From: Macrostomum lignano
Taxonomy: Eukaryota
Direction: 5' to 3'
Assembly (NCBI GenBank): GCA_002269645.1
Contig: NIVC01000051.1
Coordinates: forward strand, 1 to 64,000
DNA length: 64,000 nucleotides
A program made the translations under genes and the position numbers. Position 1 is the first letter of the stretch. Every line of letters begins with the position of its first letter. The notes under the pieces are model-generated. The model worked only from the letters and a program-made list of their open reading frames with translations. It had not been told where the DNA came from and ran no database searches. This document shows, in pieces, positions 62,993 to 64,000 of this stretch.

Positions 62993-63760
62993 TCAGTCAG
63001 TCAGTCAGTCAGTCAGTCAGTCAGTCAGTCAGTCAGTCAGTCAGTCAGTCAGTCAGTCAGTCAGTCAGTCAGTCAGTCAGTCAGTCAGTCAGTCAGTCAG
63101 TCAGTCAGTCAGTCAGTCAGTCAGTCAGTCAGTCAGTCAGTCAGTCAGTCAGTCAGTCAGTCAGTCAGTCAGTCAGTCAGTCAGTCAGTCAGTCAGTCAG
63201 TCAGTCAGTCAGTCAGTCAGTCAGTCAGTCAGTCAGTCAGTCAGTCAGTCAGTCAGTCAGTCAGTCAGTCAGTCAGTCAGTCAGTCAGTCAGTCAGTCAG
63301 TCAGTCAGTCAGTCAGTCAGTCAGTCAGTCAGTCAGTCAGTCAGTCAGTCAGTCAGTCAGTCAGTCAGTCAGTCAGTCAGTCAGTCAGTCAGTCAGTCAG
63401 TCAGTCAGTCAGTCAGTCAGTCAGTCAGTCAGTCAGTCAGTCAGTCAGTCAGTCAGTCAGTCAGTCAGTCAGTCAGTCAGTCAGTCAGTCAGTCAGTCAG
63501 TCAGTCAGTCAGTCAGTCAGTCAGTCAGTCAGTCAGTCAGTCAGTCAGTCAGTCAGTCAGTCAGTCAGTCAGTCAGTCAGTCAGTCAGTCAGTCAGTCAG
63601 TCAGTCAGTCAGTCAGTCAGTCAGTCAGTCAGTCAGTCAGTCAGTCAGTCAGTCAGTCAGTCAGTCAGTCAGTCAGTCAGTCAGTCAGTCAGTCAGTCAG
63701 TCAGTCAGTCAGTCAGTCAGTCAGTCAGTCAGTCAGTCAGTCAGTCAGTCAGTCAGTCAG
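62993..63760. repeat. (TCAG)n microsatellite, ~192 units
   Basis: 768 bp with no interruption seen. Confidence 0.97.
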
Positions 63761-64000
63761 GATGGTCCGCAAGGGCACTGGGGACCTTTCACATGGCGGT
63801 CCGGCCAGTTGTCTCTTTCCCTTAGTCTAATCAGAGAAATAATTTTAATTGCCGCAAAGCGCCTATAACTTTCGGCTTTATTCGATCTCTTTCAAAGGCA
63901 GCGCAGCGCGAATGTCAGTGTGTGTGCGCCAATGTGTGTGTTGTGCGGAACACAAAGCGGATCCCAGAAGCTGCCACGCAGACCGCTTATAGCCTGGGAT

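Overview
Eukaryotic (metazoan) genomic DNA: intron-containing genes, dense minisatellites, no prokaryotic features. The style resembles a free-living flatworm such as Macrostomum, but that is an unverified impression. Two host genes can be built with phase-consistent splice sites: a 9-exon RABGAP1/RABGAP1L-like gene (+, 21651-34505, 995 aa; PTB, kinesin-binding region, TBC and coiled coil) and a 3-exon NK1/slouch homeobox gene (-, 49072-52448, 323 aa). Upstream of RABGAP1 lies a nested transposon stack. A Ty3/Gypsy LTR element has its gag split by a full-length Ingi-like LINE (1327-5866, with TSD). Next to it is a DD37E Tc1/mariner relic with a 577-bp hAT-like MITE in its 5' flank. An ~8.6-kb block (3227-11823) including RABGAP1 exons 1-2 is tandemly duplicated through an 82-bp templated filler junction. 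Only the second copy carries an intact 705-aa Chapaev/RAG1-like DNA transposon. A LOA/R1-group LINE (39360-45242) sits in a 28-bp minisatellite. The most striking signal is a 68-nt HDV/CPEB3-type ribozyme fold that starts at the 5' junction of the Ingi-like LINE and is followed by a 2A-like peptide and a PHD finger. All calls come from manual reading; no searches or folding programs were run.
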